A stretch of DNA of 64,000 nucleotides, taken from IMG/VR virus record IMGVR_UViG_3300028591_000105, one strand, 5' to 3'. A program made the translations under genes and the position numbers. Of the stretch, positions 53,462 to 62,059 are shown piece by piece (the stretch's first letter is position 1; the number at the start of each line of letters is the position of its first letter). The notes beneath the pieces were generated by a model, which had not been told where the DNA came from, did no database searches, and worked only from the letters and a program-made list of their open reading frames with translations. This DNA is from an uncultured virus (IMG/VR IMGVR_UViG_3300028591_000105). Taxonomy: Duplodnaviria > Heunggongvirae > Uroviricota > Caudoviricetes.

Positions 53462-53638
53462 ATGACAACCAGAAAAGAATTTTATGAAATGCTCGTTGAA
53501 AACTTAACCCATGACGAATTTGTCAATACACTCGGTTGTGAGCCTGCCGATATTCAGGCTTTCGAGTATGATTTCGACACTGACGTTACGTGGAATATGG
53601 CTCTTGAGTATGCATATAATGCATACATTGATAATTGA
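53462..53638 (+). CDS. early acidic protein, paralogue of 52476
   Basis: TTGAAA-17-TATAAT promoter, AAGGAG RBS, GCGGGC hairpin terminator. Confidence 0.8.
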   Translation: MTTRKEFYEMLVENLTHDEFVNTLGCEPADIQAFEYDFDTDVTWNMALEYAYNAYIDN

Positions 53639-53852
53639 ATCCTACAAATCCTTTCGGGGATGGCGGGCGAAATGCCCGCTTTTCTCTTGTATTTAGTTAA
53701 AAAATTTAACCAACTGCCGGCGGCCGGCATGGGTTCACACTCTCTTAATATATATCTAAACTATGAACAGTTGCAGGCCGGCACTTTAGCGCTTTAAAGT
53801 ATTAAAGTATTAAATAAAAAAAAGAGGAACAGATGTTCCTCTTATTATAAGA

Positions 53853-54038
53853 TTAGCCTTTTGCTAATCTTAATCGCGCCATCAAGCGCAAAGATGAAGT
53901 AATCCAAAGCAAATCTTGGTCATCTACATCAACCGCCTGATTGTGCCAATCAAGAGCATACTTGTAGATAACTTCTGCATTGGAGAAGTCCTCACCATTG
54001 ATAGTGATACCAACAAACTTATCAATATTCTTAGCCAT
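53853..54038 (-). CDS. early hypothetical protein
   Basis: promoter, AAGGA RBS, terminator 53821-53843. Confidence 0.75.
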   Translation of the reverse strand: MAKNIDKFVGITINGEDFSNAEVIYKYALDWHNQAVDVDDQDLLWITSSLRLMARLRLAKG

Positions 54039-54181
54039 AAAAACACGTCCTTTCAAGTCAGGTGAGGTTCCGGTCTCTCCGTCCCTCTCACTATATATAT
54101 TATACCACAAAGCAGTATATAATGCAATAGGCAAAATACACAAATTTTTATTTCTCAAATTGTACATAGTGCCAATGCCTG

Positions 54182-54590
54182 GGCGCCTAGCGCCCTGGCG
54201 CTCATATTTTAGCGCTTTAAAGCGCAGCCGCGCGAGCCGGCGATTTAGTTAAATCTTTTAACAAAATAGACAAAATGAAAGAGGGCGTTCCCTTACCCTC
54301 TTTCGCCGCCGACTACTCCATTACGCGCCGTCCTGGGGGAACAGGCTAAAGGCGCGGGCAAATTGCCTACTCCATTTATTAGGGCTAAACTACACCATTG
54401 GTATCGACCTTCTTTCTCGCCCTTACTGTAATTATATTATACCACATCTAAGTCTATTTGTCAATACTCTCTCGCAAATTTAAATGTAAATTGTTTATTA
54501 ACTCACCGTTGCTAAATCGTGAACGCGGCGCCTAGCGCCCTGGCGCTCATATTTTAGCGCTTTAAAGCGCAGCCGCGCGAGCCGGCGATT
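54182..54590 (+). repeat. perfect 64-bp direct repeat pair (54182-54245 and 54527-54590)
   Basis: GGCGCCTAGCGCCCTGGCGCTCATATTTTAGCGCTTTAAAGCGCAGCCGCGCGAGCCGGCGATT identical in both copies. Confidence 0.95.
54272..54430 (-). ncRNA. candidate structured small RNA / TAG minigene transcript
   Basis: TTGACA-17-TATAAT promoter (54436-54464), three hairpins plus terminator, AATGGAGTAG twice; only ORF is ATG GTG TAG...TAA. Confidence 0.45.
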
Positions 54591-54766
54591 GTTCACAGTT
54601 TCGACATATGGTATTACTAAACTATGAACACTGGGAGGGACCGAGTTAGCCTATGCTAACTTTAAAACATTAAAGTGGTGTGCTCATATGAATATGCATT
54701 CATATGAATATATACTCATGTCTGATTTAGTTAAAATTTTTAATCAATTGGTAAAGCAAAAGGGCT

Positions 54767-55237
54767 TTACGCCCTTTTGATTAAATTCATCAAAGTTTTT
54801 TCATTGGTAAATGTTGCCTTTTCATATTTAATTTGGTAAGCAATTCCATTTACTGTAACGTCACCGTCCTCGGTAAACTTCTTATTATCCTTTTTCCATT
54901 CTATACCATTTATTTCAGTATAGAGCTTTTCAAAAATCTCCCCTTTGTTATACTTGCTATTTTCTACCATATCATTAAAGTACTCGGCAGAACAGATTAA
55001 AACAGGATTGAACAAAGTGAACATTAATTTCTTAATCTGCTTTGTGGGCTTAAATCTCAATGCCATTCCTGCGCCCCTGCTTGCTCTATCTAACGTGAGC
55101 AGAACGTCAAGGTGCTTTTCATCAGTAACCACATAATATACGTTCTTCTCCCACTCAAACCCGAAAACATAGTTGTGAGTATAAGCAAGCCTATTGTACC
55201 ACTCTATCATAGTCAGCAGAAGATTGATGTTTGTCAT
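54767..55237 (-). CDS. early protein, possible PD-(D/E)XK nuclease fold
   Basis: NKGEIFEK...GDVTVNGIAYQIK pattern; own promoter at 55309. Confidence 0.6.
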   Translation of the reverse strand: MTNINLLLTMIEWYNRLAYTHNYVFGFEWEKNVYYVVTDEKHLDVLLTLDRASRGAGMALRFKPTKQIKKLMFTLFNPVLICSAEYFNDMVENSKYNKGEIFEKLYTEINGIEWKKDNKKFTEDGDVTVNGIAYQIKYEKATFTNEKTLMNLIKRA

Positions 55238-55710
55238 ATAATCAAGTCCTTTCATTTTTAAGGTTTACCCTTGCTTTCTGATACTATTATAACACATAAA
55301 AAGCCGGTTGTCAATAGATTTTTGAAAAGTTTTTCATATTCTCTGTTTTGCACAAAAAAGTTGAATTATTTTGTGCACATTGTCTGTCAACCATTTTCCT
55401 TTACAAAGAAAGAGGGCGTGTCAAGTGATCCGCTTGACACGCTTATTTAATGTAAAGTATTTCTACTTTACAAAGGTGTTTGCTATTTAGTTAAAATTTT
55501 TAACTAAATCGCCGCCAGCGCTCAGTGTGGTGTTCATAGAATAGACATATGTGACTAAAGTGTGAACGGCGCGCCTCTTGCATGTTCATAGATTAGACAT
55601 ATGTGACTAAAGTGTGAACACATGGAGGGACTCGAGTTAGCCTATGCTAACTCATATCTCGCTTTAACGCTTTAAAGTGTTAGTACTTTACCATGAGTAA
55701 GTGGCTTTGT

Positions 55711-55838
55711 CCGGGCACGACTGGGCATGACCGGGCGAGCTGGGCTTTATCGTGCCCGGGCAAGCTGGGTTTGCCTGGAGAGCTAGAGGGCTCCTAGAGA
55801 GCTAGAGCTGAGCTAGAAAGCTAGGCTAGAAAGCTAGT
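55711..55838 (+). repeat. GC-rich CYGGGC repeats plus AGCTAG microrepeat cluster 2
   Basis: CCGGGC/CTGGGC at ~10-bp spacing then about six (A)GCTAG units. Confidence 0.7.
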
Positions 55839-55892
55839 GTTTAATTCACTACCTCGGCGCCGTGACCCTCACGACGCCCTTAATCTATATCT

Positions 55893-56060
55893 CTAATCCC
55901 ATTTACTCAATTGAACAAAATTGTGAGTATCCTTGCAGAATGGACAATACAAATTCTTCAAATGTTCCTTAGAAGTCATACGACTTGACTTCTTATATGC
56001 AGTAGCAACATAACCACAAGTTGGACATTTAAAACGACGTTCAGTAGTTGTCTTTTTCAT
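55893..56060 (-). CDS. Zn-ribbon protein resembling ribosomal protein L33, ends at TAG
   Basis: FKCPTCG...HLKNLYCPFCKDTHNF; GAGGTG RBS; 55 aa. Confidence 0.65.
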   Translation of the reverse strand: MKKTTTERRFKCPTCGYVATAYKKSSRMTSKEHLKNLYCPFCKDTHNFVQLSKWD

Positions 56061-56245
56061 TATTCGTTCACCTCACTTGCATAATCAGTCAGAATAATAA
56101 TTATATTCCAATCAGAATACTGTTTATAATTCCTATCACTAACATGATTTTTAGTTGCTATATCTATAAAACTTATAGCAAACCACATGATAAACATAAT
56201 AGCAATAGTCAACAGAAAATACCCAATCTTTTTAATTCCGTTCAT
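56060..56245 (-). CDS. early membrane protein
   Basis: single hydrophobic helix; promoter -35 at 56300. Confidence 0.7.
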   Translation of the reverse strand: MNGIKKIGYFLLTIAIMFIMWFAISFIDIATKNHVSDRNYKQYSDWNIIIILTDYASEVNE

Positions 56246-56430
56246 TTGGAACACTCCCTTTCTCTTTACTATAATAATTATAACAAAATTTTATAAAAAA
56301 GTCAATGAATAAATTGTAAATAATTATTAAAGATTTTATTACCATGCACCGGCGCAGCGAAGCATTTGGTTAAAAAATTTAATTAATTAATAAAAAGAAA
56401 ATTAAAGCGGACACTTACGTCCGCCTTAAA

Positions 56431-56943
56431 TTATTCTGCATAACAAACCATGTGCTTAAATCTACAGTATTCGTCTCTTTCGTTGCTCTTCCTAATAAAG
56501 AGGTGTTCAGTTTTGCCAAAACATGAAGTTACCTGACCGTGCACGTGAACAACACTCATAACATTTGACGGAGTAACGTCAAACTTTTCTGCGAGAACAT
56601 AAACGGACTGCTGACCATTTACCTTAATGTATTTCATTAACTTATTATACAGAACATATCCATAATCTTTTGTTTTGTATTCAATCTTTTCATCATCTCT
56701 AAGTGAAACGCAAAATCTTGCAATCTGCTGAGAAGTTGCATTGAAATATTTTGCAATATTAGCAATATCTTCTGTTCTGACAAAACCGTTATACTTTTCA
56801 AGTATATAATTAAGAATCTCATTCTTTCTTGCATTCAACTTCATTTTATCAAGTCTTCTCTGTGATACACTAATACTCGTTGTACCCTCTGCTTTAAGAA
56901 GATTTGCAAACTCGTCTACAGTAATGTTAATTCTCTTTCCCAT
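56431..56943 (-). CDS. early tandem HTH-like protein
   Basis: IAKYFNATSQQIARF and VLAEKFDVTPSNV helices; similar layout to 63111. Confidence 0.7.
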   Translation of the reverse strand: MGKRINITVDEFANLLKAEGTTSISVSQRRLDKMKLNARKNEILNYILEKYNGFVRTEDIANIAKYFNATSQQIARFCVSLRDDEKIEYKTKDYGYVLYNKLMKYIKVNGQQSVYVLAEKFDVTPSNVMSVVHVHGQVTSCFGKTEHLFIRKSNERDEYCRFKHMVCYAE

Positions 56944-57336
56944 AATGTACCTCTTTCTACCACTTTTGTGGATTTGACTTTTTTATTCGTGGGGTTCTTT
57001 CCCCCTTACCTTGCAATATTATTATACCACACCCACCAATAAAAATCAATAAGAAAATCCAAATAATTTTTAAAAGAATTATGAACGACTTCCAAAAAAT
57101 ACCAACCTCATTCCAACCCCTAACGCAAAATAATATGACCCCATTGTTAAATAAATATGACCCCTTTGTAAACAGCGGCCCGGCATAAATCAATCCGCTT
57201 TAAAGCATTAAAGTGACCCCTTTAAAAAAAAACAAGGGGAAATTAATACCCCTTGTTATCCAGTTAAGTAAACGTAACCGCCAGTTATTATCCCCGTACT
57301 TCAAACGCCACTTAACCCTTAAATTATGAAACTTTC

Positions 57337-57486
57337 TCATTTGTTTTCACTCTCCTCAAACATCTCATAATCTACATATTCTGTACCACAATATGGACAA
57401 GTATTATCTTCCGCAAGATTTGCAAATTCTGTGCCGCACTCGGTACAAAGATAATACTCACCGTCAAAAATTATCAGAGGTTCCAT
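57337..57486 (-). CDS. small Zn-ribbon protein (49 aa)
   Basis: YLCTECG...TCPYCG; ATG overlaps previous stop. Confidence 0.7.
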   Translation of the reverse strand: MEPLIIFDGEYYLCTECGTEFANLAEDNTCPYCGTEYVDYEMFEESENK

Positions 57487-57659
57487 TATACTTCTTTCCT
57501 TTCTTTTACTACACACGCAGATATACAGCGCGGATTTTGCTTTATCTTATGCATTTGACTAAATGCTATTTCCTTATTAGTATTAGAATAGTATCGAATC
57601 ACTTTTATAGAAGTGCCAACCTTAAAACGAATGATTACAGAATAGAACTTCTTCTTCAT
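57486..57659 (-). CDS. early basic small protein (57 aa)
   Basis: AAGGAAGTG RBS, TAA stop. Confidence 0.6.
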   Translation of the reverse strand: MKKKFYSVIIRFKVGTSIKVIRYYSNTNKEIAFSQMHKIKQNPRCISACVVKERKEV

Positions 57660-57663
57660 TTTA

Positions 57664-57849
57664 TCACTTCCTTAATGCCTTTTTCTTGTCCATTAAATAC
57701 CAAATAGCAGATTGAATTTTTTCTGCTTTTTCACTATCAGTCGTATGATACATACAAACCGTAAGAAACTGAATTAGAATGTCAAACTCTTCTTGAATCT
57801 TAAACTCATATGCTGAAATTATCAGTCTTGCTAACTGTCTTTCTGTCAT
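57664..57849 (-). CDS. early hypothetical protein
   Basis: promoter -35 at 57900, AGGGG RBS. Confidence 0.7.
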   Translation of the reverse strand: MTERQLARLIISAYEFKIQEEFDILIQFLTVCMYHTTDSEKAEKIQSAIWYLMDKKKALRK

Positions 57850-58016
57850 TCTTATCAACCCCTTTACTGTAATTATATTATATCATATAATCACAAAAAA
57901 GTCAATGAATATTTTGTAAACAATTTGTTAACTTGCACCGGGCGACACGTCGCCCTTTAAAGTGCTAAAGCGCAAAAAGCAAAAGAAAAGGGCGCGTAGT
58001 GCGCCCTTAGTTGATT

Positions 58017-58424
58017 TTACTCAACCTCGGCGGAGGGCTTGGTATAACCCTTCACCGTGTCCTTCTTCTTGCCCGTGGGCGTGAACTCACTGACAATGAT
58101 ACCATTCATCTTGGACAGCAGACCAGTCGCCTTCTGTGTAGAACTCAGACCGAAAAGGTCGGCAATTTCCTTTGCAGTATAAGTCTTGTCGAACTCCATA
58201 CCGTCAAAAATCTCGGCTCTCTTTGCGGCAGTTTCCTGCGCACTCTTGGAAGTGCCGTTCTTGCGGTTCTCATTGGCAGTGTCGAGTGCCTTGATACGAC
58301 CCTTAGCGAACTCAATCGCAGAATCGGTAAAAGTACCGTCCTCGTTGAGAACCTTGATGATTGCGCCGTCCTTAGTGGTCGCAGAACCATTGATGATAGC
58401 AGTGAAGAACTCTCTCTGTGTCAT
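58017..58424 (-). CDS. early winged-HTH protein
   Basis: MTQREFF N-terminus; TAKEIADLFGLSSTQKATGLL; promoter -35 at 58531. Confidence 0.75.
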   Translation of the reverse strand: MTQREFFTAIINGSATTKDGAIIKVLNEDGTFTDSAIEFAKGRIKALDTANENRKNGTSKSAQETAAKRAEIFDGMEFDKTYTAKEIADLFGLSSTQKATGLLSKMNGIIVSEFTPTGKKKDTVKGYTKPSAEVE

Positions 58425-58588
58425 AGTGTACCTCTTTCTCTGTTTTTAGGAGTTTGTCAGCTCTCTCTAATTTTGTTTTAGGGGCTTTCCCCTTACCTTA
58501 TGTATTAATTATACCATACTTTCTCTTGTTTGTCAATTAAGTTTCTTTTAAAACTTTTTGAACTTTTTGTTAAGAGATTTTTGGTAAA

Positions 58589-58659
58589 TACGCCCACCGA
58601 GAATCGAACTCGGATTGATAGATTAAAAGTCTACTATTCTACCTTTAAATTATAGGCGC
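58589..58659 (-). tRNA. trnK: tRNA-Lys(UUU), divergent, CCA not encoded adjacent
   Basis: GCGCCTA/TGGGCGT acceptor, ATTT/GAAT D stem with GG, GTAGA-CTTTTAA-TCTAT anticodon arm, CCGAG-TTCGATT-CTCGG T arm; upstream TAGACT-17-TATAAT. Confidence 0.85.
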
Positions 58660-58852
58660 ATTGGAGAGGTTTTCTATTTTTCTCTCTCTCTCGCTATATA
58701 TATATTATAGCAGATTTTTAGAAAAAAGTCTATAGATTGATTATTAATTTTATATATTTTTTACGTGAATTAGTTAAAATATTTAACTGAACCGCCAGTG
58801 GCCGGCGCATCGTTCACATCTTGTTAATAAAAAAGAGGGGCACTACCCCTCT

Positions 58853-59047
58853 TTAATATCCAGTATCAATTTCAGTGCCGTCCTCTGTGACTTCATAGAC
58901 ATGGTATTCATCATAATCAGTATGCGCAATAGGGCGGTGCATATCACTGTCAAATTCATCGTATGCTTTATTAAATGCCTCCTCTTCGTCCTCTGCTTCT
59001 ACAGAATAGGAATAACTTTGAATAAAATTTACGTAGTACTGTGCCAT
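58853..59047 (-). CDS. early acidic protein (VEAEDEEEA)
   Basis: AGAGG RBS, terminator 58829-58854. Confidence 0.75.
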   Translation of the reverse strand: MAQYYVNFIQSYSYSVEAEDEEEAFNKAYDEFDSDMHRPIAHTDYDEYHVYEVTEDGTEIDTGY

Positions 59048-59049
59048 TT

Positions 59050-59289
59050 TTATATACCTCTTTTCTTAAATTTTATTATTGTCTTTTTGAATTTATATAC
59101 ATTCATACCATGCTTATCTACTGCCTTTTTTATTTGATTTTCCTCAACTAAAGCCGTACAAATAGAAGTCACTTTATAAAAATTTCCGTTTACTTCTGAG
59201 GCAATTTCTCTTATAGAAAAATATTCCTTTTTATTTCTTGCCAAAAAATCCATAATTTCTTTTGCAATTTCTTTGTTTTCAATATTCAT
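59050..59289 (-). CDS. early winged-HTH protein
   Basis: FSIREIASEVNGNFYKVTSICTALVEENQI. Confidence 0.7.
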   Translation of the reverse strand: MNIENKEIAKEIMDFLARNKKEYFSIREIASEVNGNFYKVTSICTALVEENQIKKAVDKHGMNVYKFKKTIIKFKKRGI

Positions 59290-59290
59290 A

Positions 59291-59557
59291 TTACTACCTC
59301 TTTTCCTCTTTAAATTCTTCTTCTTGTGTATAACAACAAACTTGCCGCTCACCTAAATACCCCTTGAAAAATTTTTCATTGTTACAAAATTCATTTGTCA
59401 TTTCATCTATACATTCTTTTATCTCTTCTTCCTCATAATAATAATGCTTACCGTGGTCTTTAAGTATATCAGTCATAAATTCAAGTGCTTCTTTTCTATC
59501 AGTAAAAACTATAGGTTCATCATGACTATCAGACATTATATAAATTGTTTTCTTCAT
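59291..59557 (-). CDS. early acidic hypothetical protein ending TAG TAA
   Basis: promoter -35 at 59628, AAGGA RBS. Confidence 0.75.
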
Positions 59558-59802
59558 AGTATCAATCCTTTCTACTTTATAAGGTTCTCTTTTACTGTAA
59601 TTATATTATATCATATTCAAGAGTAAAAGTCAATGAATATTCTGTAAATTATCTATTAATACTCCACGCCGCCCTGCCATATTTTACCAGAAATACCATT
59701 TTTTAGTAGGGCGGCACTTTGTGACGGAACTATGAACATATGCGATGCCACCGTCGCAAGTGTTCACATTTGGTTCATAAAAAAAAGAGGGCATTGCCCT
59801 CT

Positions 59803-59973
59803 TTATATAAACTCCTGCCAATCGCCTATATATACGCTTTTTTCACCGCCAATTTCTCTTATCTCACAATCTGCGGGAACTGCCCAGAGACAATCATCAT
59901 CACAGCACGTTACAGTTACTTCCATATCATCGTCACACTCTTCTAAAAAGTCCTTTAATTCTTTTACTGTCAT
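59803..59973 (-). CDS. early acidic small protein (MTVKELKDFLEECDDDMEV)
   Basis: AAGGAGTG RBS, TAA, terminator. Confidence 0.75.
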   Translation of the reverse strand: MTVKELKDFLEECDDDMEVTVTCCDDDCLWAVPADCEIREIGGEKSVYIGDWQEFI

Positions 59974-59979
59974 ACTAAA

Positions 59980-60234
59980 TCACTCCTTTAATTCAGTTTC
60001 AAATAAAATATAATCTCCTACTTGTCCTGTTTCTTCCAAAAATTTTTTATCTTTTTCAATGATACAGCATAATTGGTCTAAACCATCTTCATATTCATCT
60101 TCATAATAAAGATACTCAATATTTTCGTAAGCATTTAAAGCACTTTCTTTTGTTAAAAATACTCCATAACACTCATGAAAAATATCTCCCTGTTCATAAT
60201 CATCGTTTCCCTCATATAAAACGTATACTTTCAT
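59980..60234 (-). CDS. early acidic protein (MKVYVLY...YGVFLTKESA)
   Basis: AGGAG RBS, intact ORF. Confidence 0.75.
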   Translation of the reverse strand: MKVYVLYEGNDDYEQGDIFHECYGVFLTKESALNAYENIEYLYYEDEYEDGLDQLCCIIEKDKKFLEETGQVGDYILFETELKE

Positions 60235-60235
60235 A

Positions 60236-60457
60236 TTAAATTACTCCTATCAAAAATTTAATTACATAATAAGTATTCATACCGCCTAATGCCCCATTAA
60301 TCAAAATCGCATTAAAGTTCTTTTCCTTTATACCGTCTATTAAACCGACAATACAAGTATAAAGAAAAACGAAACTTCCGACAGGAGACCCTGCGACAGT
60401 TAAACACGCGCCAAGGATAAGTACCCAAGCATTGATAGCAACTAACTTCTCTAACAT
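60236..60457 (-). CDS. early multi-pass membrane protein
   Basis: hydrophobic helices; promoter -35 at 60506. Confidence 0.7.
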   Translation of the reverse strand: MLEKLVAINAWVLILGACLTVAGSPVGSFVFLYTCIVGLIDGIKEKNFNAILINGALGGMNTYYVIKFLIGVI

Positions 60458-60654
60458 TGTCTCACGTCCTTTCTTTAATACTATTATATCATATAGAAAA
60501 CCAAATGTCAATGAATAAATTGTAAATTATTTGTTAACTCGCGCCGGCACGAGGTATGAACAAAATATTAACACTTACGATGCCACCGTCGTGGTTGTTC
60601 ATATTTTAGAAACATAAAATAAGGCGGAGTTCATTCTCCGCCATTAATTATTAT

Positions 60655-61092
60655 TTAGTTATTAAATTCATAGTAATGCAATTCAATAATTTTAGGATTT
60701 TTCCACCACCCTAATTTTTGAATTTCAGCATTCCAATCCTTTTTATCAAAATGCACATAAACAGTCACGCCGCTATATGATGAATATCCAATATGAACTA
60801 TCTTTTTATTCTTAAAACTACTATCTTGATTAAAGCGGGAATTTATTAAATTCACTCTTGTATAGCCGTGTTCTATTTCACCATGATGAACTCCATGTGT
60901 AATATCAACACGAGAATCTGCACAACAATCAAATTTAGTTATAATATTTTTATCTATCAATTCATTTACTATTATGGTTTCTCCTTTTTCTATTCTTTTT
61001 TTAATTTCATGGACAGAACATTCAATTGCATTATCAAAAACTTTTCCATCAAAAGATTCAAATTTTTCTACCATAACTTTAATTTTTTTCAT
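60655..61092 (-). CDS. early hypothetical protein (FESFDGKVFDNAIECSVHE)
   Basis: promoter -35 at 61166, RBS, terminator. Confidence 0.75.
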   Translation of the reverse strand: MKKIKVMVEKFESFDGKVFDNAIECSVHEIKKRIEKGETIIVNELIDKNIITKFDCCADSRVDITHGVHHGEIEHGYTRVNLINSRFNQDSSFKNKKIVHIGYSSYSGVTVYVHFDKKDWNAEIQKLGWWKNPKIIELHYYEFNN

Positions 61093-61272
61093 AACATCAA
61101 AACCTTTCTGTTTTATAGAGTTTTCTCTCTTTCTTTAATATTATTATAGCATATAAATACTCAATTGTCAATGAATATTTTGAAACAAATTGCGAAATTG
61201 TTATGAACATCTGCGACGCCACCGTCGTGGTTATTCATAAAATATTAAAGCGGGCGCAATGCCCGCTTATCA

Positions 61273-61584
61273 TCACCAAAAAATATGGAGTAAAAATTCT
61301 TCTGGAATATTTTTCTTCTTAATTTCATCTACTACACAATTGAGTATATTGACTGTACCATAATCTCCTTCCTCTACTGCCGTATCAATTGTCTCATAAA
61401 TCATATCCAAGTCCCATATTTTATAACTGTTATTCGCCTGAAATTCTGCAAAGATAGACCATAAAAGTCTTGGTCCCTCAAACGAGTCAAGATTAGAAAT
61501 AATCTCTCTATACCTTTCATTATCCATGAAAAACCTTTCAAAATATTCCATTTCAATAACCTTATACTCTTTGTATTCAATCAT
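61273..61584 (-). CDS. early acidic hypothetical protein
   Basis: promoter -35 at 61663, RBS, terminator. Confidence 0.75.
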   Translation of the reverse strand: MIEYKEYKVIEMEYFERFFMDNERYREIISNLDSFEGPRLLWSIFAEFQANNSYKIWDLDMIYETIDTAVEEGDYGTVNILNCVVDEIKKKNIPEEFLLHIFW

Positions 61585-61690
61585 AATATCAATCCTTTCA
61601 AATCTTTAAGATATTCTCTATATCTTTTACTGTAATTATATTATACCATATTCTAAGTCGTCTGTCAATGAACAAATTGTAAACTTTATT

Positions 61691-62041
61691 TTAATTTATT
61701 GAGTAGTTAATTAAAGTTTTGTCCGTCCATTTAGTATGTGTAACTGTTTTTGTTACTTCAATTTCATTGTTAATTTCAATATCGTTATACAGATTAACAT
61801 TAATAGTAAAAGTCTGTTCGCCGTCCTCTGTATCTATTACTACATAATATTTTCTAATATTTGTTTTACCACTGCGAACACATCTTGTATACTTATCCGT
61901 AACAGTTACATATACTGTGGCGTACTTAGATTCACCGAACATAAAATCAAGAGTGAAAAACGATAAAAGACCGATTAAAGCAATTGAAAATATAAGAAGT
62001 ACAAAAAACTTTATTATATCCTTTACATTTGATTTTGTCAT
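61691..62041 (-). CDS. early membrane-anchored protein
   Basis: N-terminal TM helix then beta-rich domain (VTVTDKYT...YYVVI). Confidence 0.75.
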   Translation of the reverse strand: MTKSNVKDIIKFFVLLIFSIALIGLLSFFTLDFMFGESKYATVYVTVTDKYTRCVRSGKTNIRKYYVVIDTEDGEQTFTINVNLYNDIEINNEIEVTKTVTHTKWTDKTLINYSIN

Positions 62042-62059
62042 TTTTTTCTCTCCTTTTTA

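Noticed and set aside
57337..57486. Frameshifted Zn-ribbon pseudogene
   Set aside because: On re-reading, the frame from ATG 57486 is intact (MEPLIIFDGEYYLCTECG...)
56957..58481. Track ORFs 56957(-), 57393(+), 58011(+), 58145(-), 58186(+)
   Set aside because: They cross promoters or overlap better-supported genes that have RBS, promoter and terminator
58589..58659. Amber suppressor tRNA
   Set aside because: Anticodon loop reads CTTTTAA (UUU, Lys), not CUA; no suppressor tRNA was spotted in this window
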